A DNA stretch of 64,000 bases from Chara braunii (lineage: Eukaryota > Plantae > Charophyceae): contig BFEA01000009.1 in the NCBI GenBank assembly GCA_003427395.1, positions 5,442,467 through 5,506,466 of the forward strand. Direction: 5' to 3'. Position numbers and translations under genes: made by a program. The stretch's first letter is position 1. Every line of letters starts with the position of its first letter. The notes under the pieces are model-generated. The model ran no database searches. It saw nothing but the letters and a program-made list of their open reading frames with translations, and was not told the DNA's origin. Shown in pieces: positions 51,501 through 64,000 of the stretch.

Positions 51501-54500
51501 GGCCGGCCCAACGACTCCTTTCAACAGAAGACTGCCAGCGGAATCGTCTCCCACACAATTCTAAGCTTTTCGTCCCACGCCCGAGTCCGACAACCCCTTC
51601 CTGCTGTAGCCCGCCCCATTTTATTCCGGCAGAGTCCTGCACTACCTCGGCCTCTTAGAGACCGGCCCCCGCTCAGACAGTTGGCCGAGGAATCAACAAC
51701 ACGGCCTGCTGCAAGCCTAGGGGTAGGCCTAGGTCCCCTGGTGTTGTTGTTGATGCCCCTCCATGATCCCCCAAGCCGCCCGCACGGTCCTACCTCTCAT
51801 CCTGTCAACTTCGACTGTTCCCGGCGCGGATTCGTGCCAGGTTCATTTCACTACTACAGTCCGCATGTCGCCTCCCACCAGCACAACGGTCAACCCACAT
51901 GCAACAGCAGTGCAGCAGGCTCCTCCCGAGTATTCCCTGGTCCGCTCAGCCTCTCGGTGGACAAGCCCTATCCCGACTTCTCATAGTAAGCCGCGGGGCC
52001 GAGGGCGCGGGTCTGCTATGTACCTGGGCGCGGGCCTAGGTGAAACGGCCCGGCGCAGATCTTTTGCGGTGATAACAAATATTTAAATGAGAACCTATAA
52101 GTCCGAGGTGGACGAGCGTCCCGCGGGCGTATTCATACCCAACAAGCCTTCACGGTCGACCGCGGCTGGCCGATGGTGAACTTGTAGCGGCCCCCGCCAT
52201 TCACGTCTCATAAGAGAATCTTGCCAGCACCCCGATCGTGTCGGAACTCATAGGTCAATCGAAGAAAGAGGCGCGTGCTCGAGGTCCTCGACCGTCGTGA
52301 CGGCCACCCGTTGCCGGTGCCACGCTCGGCTTACAAAAAGTCAAAACATAGAATAAGAAATATAACGACGGCGAACGAGGAAAAGGGACCACTAGTACCG
52401 TTCCGGCGCTTCTAACGACAAAACAAAGGGGGACGGCCCCGCCGGGCCTTCAACCCCGTGCTCCGCCCGCGCCACTCTGATCCCCGCGCCGTCGCCGCTC
52501 GACCTTGATCCCTGAATCTCCTTGATGAGAGTCCGACGCTGTAACCAAATAATACTAGGCTCAAATCTGGGTTTAGCTTTGGCAGACGCCTAAATAAACG
52601 GACATTGCGCGACACGCCAAGCTACCGAAACGCCTTCAGAAGTCACATTGTTTTCGATGCCGTCCTCCATACATACGCACAGGTCCCAAGCAAGCACATC
52701 AATCAGCGATACATAATCTTTTTAATCCCTGTTTAATCAGAGGAGAAATTCCGGTCAGCGATCGGCGACTCGTCAGTCATCAACAAAATAAGAAGATCAC
52801 GCGCGCCTCAAAAATCCGCGCGCCCACACACTCTCTATCCTAATCAACCATCCAGTCAACATAACCTACAGACAGTGCCGCGACTCGCACGGTATACTCA
52901 ACCTTAATCTAAACTTATTTTCTGCCAACTGCAAAAACCAGGGCGGATACCCTTGTAAGGGTATTCGCACCGACAGCGCCTTTGCACGATCGAGGAGTGC
53001 ATCTTCTCCTGCGAGACAATCGCGGAGTCAATCTTCTCGGGCGAGGCACTCGCGGAGTCTGTCATCGCGAGCGAGACAACCGCAAAATCCATCCGTGAGA
53101 AATCAAAATTCAATGAACAATAGGGAAGACAGTGAGCCGAATACTCGTGACGAAGAAATGAATGATTCTCATGATGTTCCTGCGCCTGATCTTAATGCAC
53201 TCTCATTGGCACCCGTGGCAACAACCTATGCGGCGGTGGAGAACACAGAGACGATACTTGGGAATGCTAGCACTGTTGAACCGTTCGGCATAGACAGTCG
53301 AGATCCGTGTAAGCATTGTGGTGCTAAATTGTGGCATCACGAAAGAAAATGGACAAAGATGTGTTGCCAAAAAGATACAAAGCGTTGTCCTTTATGGGAA
53401 TGACCTCGCGGAGACTTCCCTTAGTATGAGATTCTTTCCCTTTGGACGTGTCAAACTTCCCACGGTCGATTCCTTCGAAACAATGCGAGGACAATTAATA
53501 ACAGTTTATCCCTCGCATCCTCGCGGTTGAAGCAACCGAGCGATGATGTTCAAGGATTGCAGGACCAACTTAGAGCTCAAGGTCCAATCTTTCATTGTGT
53601 CGGTGCATTGGCTGTGGGGGAAGAGGAATGTCCTTAGTTTGCGCAACTATACTTGCACAATCCTCAACGATTGGATGACGTGATTGATCAAAGGGTATAT
53701 TTCCTTAACTTACCTGCACGTACACCCGACGCCGAACTTGATTGAGCGAAACGCATATTGAGAAAGTTTCACGAATTGCTACAACGATGTAACAATTGCA
53801 TGAAAGACTTTATGACGGTTGCTGACCTTTCGCCAGAAGCGTTGAACGGGAGGAAGTTGGTCATAAATTCGGATGTCATGCCCCATCAGGAACATGCAAA
53901 GAGTATAACCGTCCTATGGGTTTACACGAGGTGTGTGTTCTGATGGCCAATGAATTCCTTCCTCGTGAGCTGGAGATTCGTTTGCGTGCTCCTCTTCAGG
54001 ACGAGCGGCTGACGGTTGTGGTTTCGGAATGTTCTCTAGCGCACGACTACTTAAGGTTTGTTTTACTTTTCCCGGAGGGAAATGATAGTTGGTCTGTCCG
54101 ACGTGCATCGGAAGCTGGATGGCCGCCAGGACTCAGTGCCAAGGAGTACTATGCATTTCACCTTCACGAGCGCGATGGCGAAAGACCTTGCCTCCTTTAT
54201 GCAGCACGTATCTTCCACGAGTTTTGTTGCATGGCGTACGCTAAAGTTGAATCTCTCCGCTTAAAATGGGTAAGATTCCACCAAAAAGAATAACGCTCGG
54301 AGTATTATTAGGATTTACGAGACGTCTTGCAACAAAATCAACGTGGTGACGGTGTTGGGACAAAAGTGGTTTTACCGTCGATGGAAAGGCCCCGATATAT
54401 GAGTGAAAGATATCACGACAGCATGACAATTGTGAGACGATTCGAAAAACCGGATCTTTTCATTACTATGACGTGCAACACTAACTTGCCGGAGATCAAA

Positions 54501-57500
54501 CAAGCCCTATTGTCAGGTCAATGTCCTAACGACAGGCTGGATCTTCTGGCGCGAGTGTTCAAAGGTTATCTTGCACAGCTGATTGATGAGATAAAGAACA
54601 AACAGATCTTTGGTAGGATGAGTGAATTGTTGTATGTGGTGGAGTTTCAAAAAAAGGGTCTACCGCACGCACATATATTGGTTATCCTGCATCCGGATGA
54701 TAAAATTCGGGATCCAGATGCTGTTGACGATGTGGTGTCTGTCGAGATTCCTCCGGAAGGGGAATCGAAAGAAAGGGTAGCCAAGTTCATGTTGCACGAG
54801 ATTTGCGGTGCGGAGAAACACGACGCTTCGTGTACGGAGGACGGAGAATGCACAAAAGAGTTTCCGAAAGACTTCATTTCAACAACAACATTCAAAGATG
54901 AACAAACGTACCCTTCGTAAAGGAGAAGGAAACCAAGTGACGGTGGTTTTACGATTGTTCAAAATGGAGTCGTTTACGACAATCGACGTGTAGTTCCATA
55001 TAACCCGTACTTGCTAATGTGGTTTAATTGCCATTTAAATGCTGAACATTGTGCTAACATCAAGGCGTGTAAGTACGTGTACAAAGGGTGCGATCGTGCT
55101 ATGGTTTGTGAGCAAGATAATAATGCGTCCATCGAAGAGGTGAAATAGTATCATGATATGCGTGTTGTAGGTGAATGTGAAGCATGTTGGCGTCTATTTG
55201 AGTTCGACGTTGCGGAACAATGGCCCCCGGTCGAAAGATTGGCCGTGCATCTCGAAAACATGCAAAAAGTGCAATTCGAACCTGGGACTGAGCATGACGT
55301 TGTTTCACAAGGGCCCCCTAAAACGAAATTGACAACATGGATGAAACATAACTCTTTGAATGAACATGTTCCTAAAGAGGAGCTTCCTCTGTATGTAGAG
55401 ATCGTTAATACTCATGTGTGGAATAACAAACATAAGAAGTGGAACCGAAGAAAGCTTGATCTTTACGGTCGTCCCTTTGAAAATATATCTCAGTTGCATC
55501 ACGTGAGGATCACGGAAGGCGAACGATTCTATCTGCGTGTGTTGCTGAACCATGAACATTCTCGTGGGGTGTGCATTTTTGCTGAAATTCGTACGGTGGA
55601 CGAAGTCGAATACGATTCTTTCCAATCCGTGTGCCTTCGATTAAGGCTTTTACAAACAGGCGATGCAAACGATCAATGCATCGACACAGTCGCGGCGCAT
55701 TACATGGCTGAAGAAGTTCGTAAAACATTCGCTATGGTTCTCGGATTTGGTCCAGTGAACGATCTGGTCCGTTTCTTCAAACGACATTGAGATAAGATGT
55801 GTTACGATTTTCAGTATCGCGCAGACAATGAAATTGTTCCCCCGAACATTTTACAATCGTTAGTGTTATTCCATCTTGATCGTATTTTGCAAGAGTCTGG
55901 GAAAAACATCCGTTAGTTCTGCCTTTATTATCCAACACCCGATGGGCAAACAATTGCTGATAACATATCTAGATATTAGGAGAACAGAACGGTAGCCTCG
56001 ATTCTAAACGACGAGTTGTTGTATGATCCGATTTAAATGCAACGCAGATATCACTCTAATTTTCGATGTTTTCGTCCACGTCAACGATTGTTGGTGGAAA
56101 GAGTCATTCGGGTTGTGCAAGAGAAAAGACCGTTGCGTGGTTTTGTCGATGCACCGGCTGGAACAAGCATTGAAACGATCTTGGCGGGCATCAGGTCGCG
56201 TTCCGCTATTGCATTGGCTGTCTCGTCCAGTGGGATAACGACAACTCTTTTGACGGAGGTCGAACGTTTCACTCACGATCTCGCGCACCTTCAAAACCTG
56301 ATAACACGCGTTCCTTCTTGATTTCGAAACAAAGTAATCTTGCAGAGCTTATCAGCCGTGCCGACTTGATTGTTTGGGATGAGGCTCCGATGAGTAACAA
56401 GTTTCACTTGGAAACTCTTGATATTACGCTTCGGGACCTCTGTAACAGTGACGAGCCGTTTGGTGGAAAAGTTTTACTTCTTTCTGGGATCTTAGACAGG
56501 TTTTCCCGTTGTGAAACACGGATCACGAGTGAAACAAATTGATGCGTCCATGAAAATGTCTCCTTTGTGGAAACCTTTTGAGGTTGATCAACTCACCGAA
56601 AATATGCGAATCTTAAGTTTTGGCAATGATAAAATGGCACGAATGTATGACCACTTTTTGATGCGCATTGGGAATGATGATCATCCTCGTGTTGTTTCTA
56701 ATGAACCTGCTGCGGTCAGATTGCCACGCGAGATTTGTACGGATAAACCGATTGATGAGTTAATTTCATGGACGTTTGATGATGTGTCCAACCATATGGG
56801 GGATGCTGATTATTTCTTGCCTCGGTTAATTTTATGCCCTACAAATGACAATGTCGCTTGTGTTAACAACCGTGTTCTTGACGATTTTTCTGGGGAGGTG
56901 CGTGACTTTTTTAGTGTTGATTATCCTGATTCGGATGATATCGGGCTCAGTATTGAGCGCGAGTTTTTAAACTTTCTCGACGAATCTGGCCTTCCACCTC
57001 ACAAGTTGCGCTTAAAAATTGGTGCACCTGTGATACTTTTGCGAAATTTGTCACCAAAGCAAGGACTTTGCAACGATACAAGGCTGATTCTGAAGAAGAT
57101 CGTTAATGATGATTTGTTGGAAGTGACAATAATGCACACGGGTAAGGCAACACTGATCCCCAAGATTGATTTGACAAGCGATGGTGAGACCACGGGGTTC
57201 AAATGGTTTAGGAGGCAATTTTCAGTCTGTCTTGCTTTTGCTGTCACGATTAACAAGTCGCAAGGACAAACTGTATCGTGTGCACAAACCAATTTTTGCG
57301 CATGGCCAACTGTATGTTGCTTTGTCGCGTGTTGGTCATCCCAACAACATCCGTGTTGAATTGCCTGATAATATTTTTTTTACGAAGAATATTGTATATC
57401 ATGAACTTTTAGGTTGAGTCATTTTTTTTCTTTTCGTCGAGCCTTAGCATTCCAAATAATTTCGTCCACTTTTTTTTTTGCAGGCGACTCCCGAATGCCG

Positions 57501-59239
57501 CATAAGTACAACACTCGTGCTAAAAGGAAAGCAATGACAATCGGCAATACCATTTAATATGATACGAATGTTGCATCAAAAGTTGGAACCGATTATTCGG
57601 AGAGGTCGAAAAAGAGTGGAAATGATGAGAGGTCAGTGAATCTTGGAAGTGAACATGCTCGAGGCGATCATGCTCCTCTTGGTGAAGTTGAACATCGATG
57701 TTCAAGAGGGAATACCCTTGAGGATGCTGATAATATGTTTGTGGAGGAGGGTGGTGACGGTTGTCGTGCTGATGGGGATGGTTCACGCAGAGGTCTGTCG
57801 GGTGGGTCTAATAACCTTACATTTTCCGGTGACCAGAATTATGACAGTACAGGTGATTCGAAAGAAGAGTACATTAATTCTACATTCAGGAGAAAAAAGA
57901 GACGTGGTAGGAAATCTAATCTTTTGGATTCGCCCGAATTGCTTGAGCCCACATTCGCTAATAATCAGGCGGGACGATAACCTGTTGTTGTTGAAACCGG
58001 AACTCAGGTTTTGAGAGCGCTGAATGCGCTTCCTCCCGATGCGCTTGGATCTCTTCCGTTGTGTCGACAGGTCGGTGGACTTGGACGTGCTCGTGATTCA
58101 TGTTTGCAATCTCAACGCAGTAGACACGAAAAAAATGTTTGCACCACATCGCAACCACAAGATCGTTTGGGGGTTATTGTTGTGTCGCATAATGAAAATG
58201 CACGCAGTGACGCAGAATCCGCACTCCGAATCCGCGCGCTTATATTGGTAGATGGTTTGACGATGTGAAGAAGGTTGACATCCAAAATGTTTTGACTGAG
58301 ATGCTTTTTGAAATGTTCGTCAAAAGTGTCACAGTCGTAAAAGACGGACTAATATGAGAAAACTTCCTCGAGTGGAAAAGAAACAAACTCACTGATATGC
58401 GGCTGGAACGAAAATCCCCTCTTCCTTCAGACCCGTTGAATGTTTCGGATTTGGAGACTTCTTCCATGTTGAATTCACTTTTGACCGATGAGTATGTTGC
58501 TCTCTCTAATGAGGAGATTACTAGGACGACATTTGATTTGCCACATTATCTGACAGGAGGGACGATTCCCCAACCCTTTCACAGATATGCACAGATACAA
58601 CAACTTCTGAAAAAGATTCCTCCTGTGGTTGCTTCTTCCGCTCCTCATTCCGCTCCGGTCCGTAGACTCCCCCTCCAAGCAACATCTCCTCCAAATTTTC
58701 AACATCTTGCAGATTATGCTTCACCCTCCAATATGCCAACGTCGATTGTTACTAATTCTATTGTTGTTTCTGCTTCGCCGACTGCTATGGCTACCCCGTC
58801 TCCTGTCAGTTGTGTTGTGCACGCTCTTACGCCATCAAGAGACCATTTGCATGTCCATACAGCCTGATGATACAGGACCATTGGAACAACCAAGTTCTTC
58901 TAATTTTAACATCACCATTTACGACTCTCTTGAATCTGTTGGTCTAAAAAAAACATTTGCACACCTGTCCTATCTCGACAAGGTCGATTCGAAACTTTTG
59001 AGGAGTATCGTTGTAAAGTGTTGCAACAAGTTTCTGTTCGTGAGGTACTGCAAGAGGATCGTAGTGAAGGAAGTTGATCGGTCTTATAAGAGAGATAGGA
59101 AGAGAGAGATGTTGATTGGGCTGTCGTCCAGGCGTTGCCTTAATGGCAGATTTTTTTATGGTCAGCTTCGGTTTCGGTTAAGTAATTGCCCTTACAAGAG
59201 AGATAGGAAGAGAGAGGTAAATAAATGGGGGGCTGGAGA

Positions 59240-59369
59240 GAGAGAGATAGAGATAGAGAGAGAGAGATAGAGATAAAGAGAGAGAGAGAGAGAGCAACAA
59301 AAGAGCGAAGAATAAAGAAAGACCAACACTAGTATAAAAAGAGAAGAAGTCAAAATTATTTTCGTATCT

Positions 59370-59427
<58 letters not shown>

Positions 59428-59709
59428 AAGAGAAAGAGAGAGAGATAAGAAAATAATTTTGAGGGGTAACTTCAGCGCACTCACGAAAACAGTTTGTAAT
59501 TGCAATTCAGGCAATCCCGCGAATACAACACACCCCCGGGTGACCCCACCGGACCCTAAAAGTAGGTCATATACATTCAGCATTACCGGCCCTTTTGCCT
59601 CAAGTGCAATTACAAACTCAAACCCTGACTGCGCCGTAGTTTTCTCTAATTTTGACTTCTTCTCTTTGTATACTAGTGTTGGTCTTTCTTTATTCTTCGC
59701 TCTTTTATT

Positions 59710-59762
<53 letters not shown>
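59240..59762. repeat. Imperfect foldback with (GA)n/(TC)n arms
   Basis: About 59290-59358 is inverted to about 59647-59715. Inner arm GTTTGTAATTGCAATTCAGGCAA pairs with TTGCCTCAAGTGCAATTACAAAC. Confidence 0.8.
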
Positions 59763-59788
<26 letters not shown>

Positions 59789-60226
59789 GTCTCTATATTT
59801 TCCTTTCTTTCTATCTGTCTTTGTGTATCTCTGTCTCTCCTCGCCCTTTCTCCTACTTTTTTTTTTAATGATTTTTTAGCCTACCAGACAGGCGGCCCGG
59901 TTCCCGGGTGGCCAGCCGGTGGAAGGAGCAGGAAAGGTCCCAGCAAAAAAAAAAAAAAAAAAAAAAACCAAATCCAAAAACTCCAAAACAAAACTATTTT
60001 ATGCAGAAAAATAAACTGAACAACTTTTGCCCTAGGGTTACATCGAAATCCTTCATCAAATTTAAATAATTTTTTTTTTTTTAATCGTCAGTAGACTTCA
60101 TAGCCAATTTTGGTCAATTATTTATTACCCTGTGATTCAATTCTTTTTTTTTTTTTAAGTCTGTTTGAGTTTATGCAAGTGGTCTATGTCATGTTCTCTA
60201 CAACATTTTTCATTTTTGCGGGCATA

Positions 60227-60260
60227 GCCCGCACCGCCCGCGGTGCGGGCGCTTAGCTAG
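60227..60260 (+). other. Helitron 3' terminus: 11-bp GC hairpin and CTAG
   Basis: GCCCGCACCGC-CC-GCGGTGCGGGC, 6 nt, CTAG, then host T. Confidence 0.9.
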
Positions 60261-60267
60261 TATATAT

Positions 60268-60340
60268 AGTTTGTCACAGCCCCTGGTTTGTTGTCATCTT
60301 CTCCCTCTCTGCCTACGGTTTACGGGGCAGCTTTGTTTGA

Positions 60341-60387
<47 letters not shown>

Positions 60388-60710
60388 CGGTAAACCGTAG
60401 GCAGAGAGAGAAAAGGACAACCAGCGAGGGGCTGTGACAAACTGTTTCGTCGAAGTTTCACCGACTATATATATATATATTATATATCTATATATCGTCA
60501 CAAACAGAACTGCCCGGTAAACCGTAGGCAGAGAGAGAGAAGAGGACAACAAACGAGGGGCTGTGACAAACTGTTTCGTCGGAGTTTAATATATATATAT
60601 TATATATCTATATCTATATCTATATATATATATCTGTTTGTGACTATATATATATATCCTTCTCCCTCTCTACCTACGGTTTACCGGGCAGCTCTGTTTG
60701 ATGATATATA
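60268..60710. repeat. Cluster of four fragments of a roughly 100-bp repeat in both orientations, separated by (TA)n
   Basis: TTTGTCACAGCCCCT...CTGCCTACGGTTTACCGGGCAG. Further copies near 37357-37440 and 63310-63352. Confidence 0.85.
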
Positions 60711-61830
60711 TATGTATATATATGTATATATATGTATATATACCACTAGGGTCCAGGGTTGGCCCCGGCGGTGAGGGCGCGGGTAACATAAGGACCGAGC
60801 ATTTGCCAGTAACTCCCTTTTCATCTTCCCCCGGCCCCATCAAATAAAGCACTGTCCAGAGCCAACATTCTCCCACACGCTAGACGCAACCCACTCACAC
60901 TCACACCCGTGTTGGCTGAAGACCTCGAGGATCCAGCTTACTATCGCAGTTGGATGGCCCCAAGTGGAAGGCAGGAGAGGAATACAATCTCGAAGGACCG
61001 AATACAATCTTTCAGTTTCGGTTATTGAAAAACAAAAAAAAGTGGGCGTCCTTAGAGAGAGCACGGCTGGTCACATGCCATGCTGGAGATAAAATGGCAA
61101 CACCCAAAGACCCTGGCCCGACCACTCCAGTTGCTTGCTGTACGTAGCTACCAAGTGACTTGGTTTCCAACTAACCACTTACCAAACGGGGCCACCCTGA
61201 GGGTCATTTTGGGAAGCATGAACGTAGCGGTAATAGCCATCATGTTCGTGATTTCCTCGCGTGCACATAGCACCAGTGTGGTCTGACCCTGATTGTGGTA
61301 ATGAAAATCTAAAGGCTGAGAAAGACTCTGGGATGGGATGTGACAAACTCAAAACAAGTGATTCCACAAAGATCTCGTCGTAGGTAAATCAATCGTGTAA
61401 CACCTAACAATCCCCGGTCGAGGCGGTGACGGTGCAGTGCTCTACCGCCGGGCGCAATCAGGTTGTTCTTCTCCCTTGAGATGGCAGACAGCCGTCGACC
61501 TGATTATTGGGTGTTGGAACCCAACCAGAAAGGCAGAAAGGTTTGCACTTTGAAAGTAGTTATTACTGTGCATGGAGCTCTTGTACCAGAAGGCTGTAGA
61601 ATTAAATAAACAGCCGACGAGATGCAACGAGTGGAAAGCCGCCCTCTTGTCTGCATACGTCGTCGGGAGAAACGAGAAGACATAAGAGCACGAAGCAGAA
61701 AGGGACATCGCATCTCTTTCGACTCTCAGGGTGCTCTTCCCTGTCGGTCTGACTGCTTTCATCCATCCGCCCATCGCTCCACCCATCCAGCCGTCCATCC
61801 ATCAATCGACCATCACCGTAGGAGGTGGAT

Positions 61831-63096
61831 ATGGCGGCAAAGACAGTGGGTTCCATCGTGGCTCACGGCGCGGAAGCGCCTTGGCAATCATGTGTGTCGA
61901 CACGTCAGAAGTCTTCGTCTGCCGCACGATCGTCCTCTGTTGGTCGCACCTGTTTGACGTCGAACTGTCGGGCATCACCCGACAACACTCACTCCTACTC
62001 CCCCTCGTACTCGTTGTCATCGGCGTCGTCCGGGGGCGCGCGGAGGCTTTGCCTGCGGGGCAGCGGACAGGCTCAGCTGTGGGACAGAACGCGTGCATGT
62101 CGTTTGCGTTGTACCTATGTGCGACGAGCTTTGCCGGTCAGTAAACGCCTGTCAGGGGACGAGCCAGACGCTAGCCGGACGACAAGACGTGGGCGGCAAG
62201 GGTGGCAAGGGCGGCGGGTGGCGACATGCGCCAGCATCGATGGTCAGTCTACAACGGAGAACACGAGGGAAGGCAACACAGAGAGGGCGACAGTGGGCGA
62301 CACTCAGCCGCCGCCCTCCCGCGGCAATCACGGCGACCACCGAGTGCTGGTCGTTGGCGCGTCGGGCGGCGTCGGACAGCTGCTCGTTGCCGGCTTGCTA
62401 CGGCACGGGTACAAGGTTCGAGCCCTTGTGCGTAACAAGGAGAAGGGCGACAAACTGTTCGGTGCTGATCACGACGGCGAGCGTCTGCAGCTCTGCCACG
62501 CCGACGTCCGCTTTCCCGACACTCTGACGCCCTCCCTCTTCGAAGGGATCTCTTTTGTCGTCATCGCCCTGGGGACCACCGCTTACCCTTCTAAGCGGTG
62601 GGACGGCGACAACGGGCCAGAACAGACAGATTACCACGGGGTTCGAAACCTCGCCGCTGCCGTGCCTGCCGCGGTGAAGAGAGTGGTTATGGTGTCCAGC
62701 ATCGGGATCGAGCGGAAGGAGAGCTTCCCTTTCACCCTGGTTAACATATTTGGAGTGTTGTCGTACAAGAAGCTGGGAGAGGAGTGCGTGCGACAGTGCG
62801 GCGTTCCGTACACCATCATTCGAGCTGGGCGGCTGACTGACGGGCCGTACACGTCGTACGATCTGAACACTTTGTTGCAAGCCACGTCAGGTGATCGCAA
62901 AGCGGTGATCCTAGAGAAGGGAGACACTCTCGGGGGGGACGCCAGTCGAATAAGCGTCGCAGAGGCTTGCATCCAGGCTCTGCAGCTAGAGTGCGCGGCA
63001 GGGCAGGTCTACTCCTTGAACACCGGAAAGGGCGACGGGCCGGGCTCTGACTACCTACTCTGGGAGAGGCTTTTCGAACGAGCGACAGCAAAGTGA
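61831..63096 (+). CDS. NAD(P)-binding Rossmann-fold protein (atypical SDR, At4g31530-like), probably chloroplast-targeted
   Basis: Intact ORF with ATG at 61831, a Ser/Arg-rich N-terminal extension, VLVVGASGGVG, GTTAYPSKRW and GRLTDGPYTSYDLNTLL. The family match is from recall. Confidence 0.9.
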   Translation: MAAKTVGSIVAHGAEAPWQSCVSTRQKSSSAARSSSVGRTCLTSNCRASPDNTHSYSPSYSLSSASSGGARRLCLRGSGQAQLWDRTRACRLRCTYVRRALPVSKRLSGDEPDASRTTRRGRQGWQGRRVATCASIDGQSTTENTREGNTERATVGDTQPPPSRGNHGDHRVLVVGASGGVGQLLVAGLLRHGYKVRALVRNKEKGDKLFGADHDGERLQLCHADVRFPDTLTPSLFEGISFVVIALGTTAYPSKRWDGDNGPEQTDYHGVRNLAAAVPAAVKRVVMVSSIGIERKESFPFTLVNIFGVLSYKKLGEECVRQCGVPYTIIRAGRLTDGPYTSYDLNTLLQATSGDRKAVILEKGDTLGGDASRISVAEACIQALQLECAAGQVYSLNTGKGDGPGSDYLLWERLFERATAK

Positions 63097-63659
63097 TCGG
63101 TTCTTTTTCGGTTTTGATTTTTATAAAAAACGGGGAGAACGTAAGCCGAAAAACGAAAGACCTCCTAGCCCATCTCTTCTTTGTGTTGATAAGAAGACAA
63201 GAATAGAGATTCAGACTGCTTGGGCTTTACCGTTGTGCAGTGTAGTCCTTTCCCACTGAAGTTGTGGGTATTAGAGCAAGGCAGTAGTTATAGCATATCG
63301 TTACATGCATCTCTGCCTACGGTTCACCGGGCTCTTTCCTATGACGATATATATATTATATAGCATATATCATAGTACGAGGTGAAATCTTCCAGTGTCA
63401 TCTTGAGGTAGACTCAGAGTAGAAATTTTGGACCGAATACGTCTTCGAGAGCCTCGAGTACTCCTTCAGCAGCCGCATCCCGTCCCTTTCGTCCTATCTG
63501 CCGAGCAGAACCCCCCTGCTTGACCTGTAGTATAAGAGGGACTACCGAAACAGCACATGCCATCTCCTCTCCACGCCCTCCTTCCTGATCAGGCTCCCCG
63601 TCAACCAAGGTAGTGTAACATACTATTGAACAATCCCCTATTCGTTCTTCCTCTGTGCT

Positions 63660-63661
<2 letters not shown>

Positions 63662-63728
<67 letters not shown>

Positions 63729-63900
63729 CCTGTGCATCTGCCCGCCTTTCTTTCTTTGTTTCTTTCTGTCTTTCTCTCTTTTTCTCTTTTCGCTCCTTCT
63801 TTCTCTCTCTCTGCTCTTTTCTTCTCTCTTTTTCTCTCTTTCTCTCCTTTTACTCCTTCCCTCTTTTTCTTTCTCTTGTTTCCTTTTTTCTTTTTTTTCC
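63662..63900. repeat. (CT)n microsatellite and polypyrimidine tract
   Basis: Directly visible. Confidence 0.9.
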
Positions 63901-64000
63901 TGTCCTGCTACTCTGTTTCTTCGAGGCCAAGGAAGTCAGCTCCTGTCGGTGTGTAGCAGCAATCTTAGAAGGTAGGTAACACATCAAGACATTTCCTTTC

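Larger units (their letters stand above)
45087..52975 (-). mobile_element. Solo LTR 'C', 7889 bp, diverged relative of the A LTR
   Basis: Termini TATCGAGCGCATCGG...CCGACA, flanked by GCGC on both sides. Blocks colinear with 13239-22409. Excision restores the Helitron frame. Confidence 0.92.
43729..57417 (+). pseudogene. Helitron RepHel (HUH/Y2 Rep plus Pif1 helicase), split by LTR 45087-52975
   Basis: CKHC...CC; KPDLFITMTCN; VVEFQKKGLPHAHIL; KYVYKG; LIVWDEAPM; PFGGK; LTENMR; TINKSQGQT; HGQLYVALSRV. N-terminal fragments share one frame. Confidence 0.92.
43383..60260 (+). mobile_element. Helitron, decayed, interrupted by a solo LTR
   Basis: Rep/helicase fragments; 3' hairpin followed by CTAG|T at 60257-60260; candidate 5' end A|TCTATAC at 43383 (alternative 43391). 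Confidence 0.85.

Noticed and set aside
51282-51986. 234-aa Pro/Ser-rich ORF
   Set aside because: Explained by C-rich LTR composition.

Overview
Eukaryotic, repeat-dominated DNA. The single host gene points to a streptophyte, probably Chara-like (inference). Almost all of it is nested, decayed transposons. (A) A minus-strand Ty3/Gypsy LTR retrotransposon (<1-22409) with a 9.2-kb LTR, a tRNA-Asp PBS, gag-PR-RT-RH-IN and an extra ORF after pol that is interrupted by a 521-bp TIR element. (B) A related but diverged plus-strand element (22410 to at least 41975) with an extra ORF before gag and the same extra ORF after pol. (C) A 7.9-kb solo LTR of a third related family inserted in a decayed Helitron (about 43383-60260). 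An intact intronless NAD(P)-binding Rossmann-fold gene lies at 61831-63096. The most notable candidate system belongs to this giant-LTR lineage. It has a second, Gag-paralogous ORF in the env position behind a conserved splice acceptor. It also has LTR arrays of roughly 10-13 hairpins with an invariant AACTTA loop and covarying stems, kept in two families whose stems differ. All alignments were made by eye.
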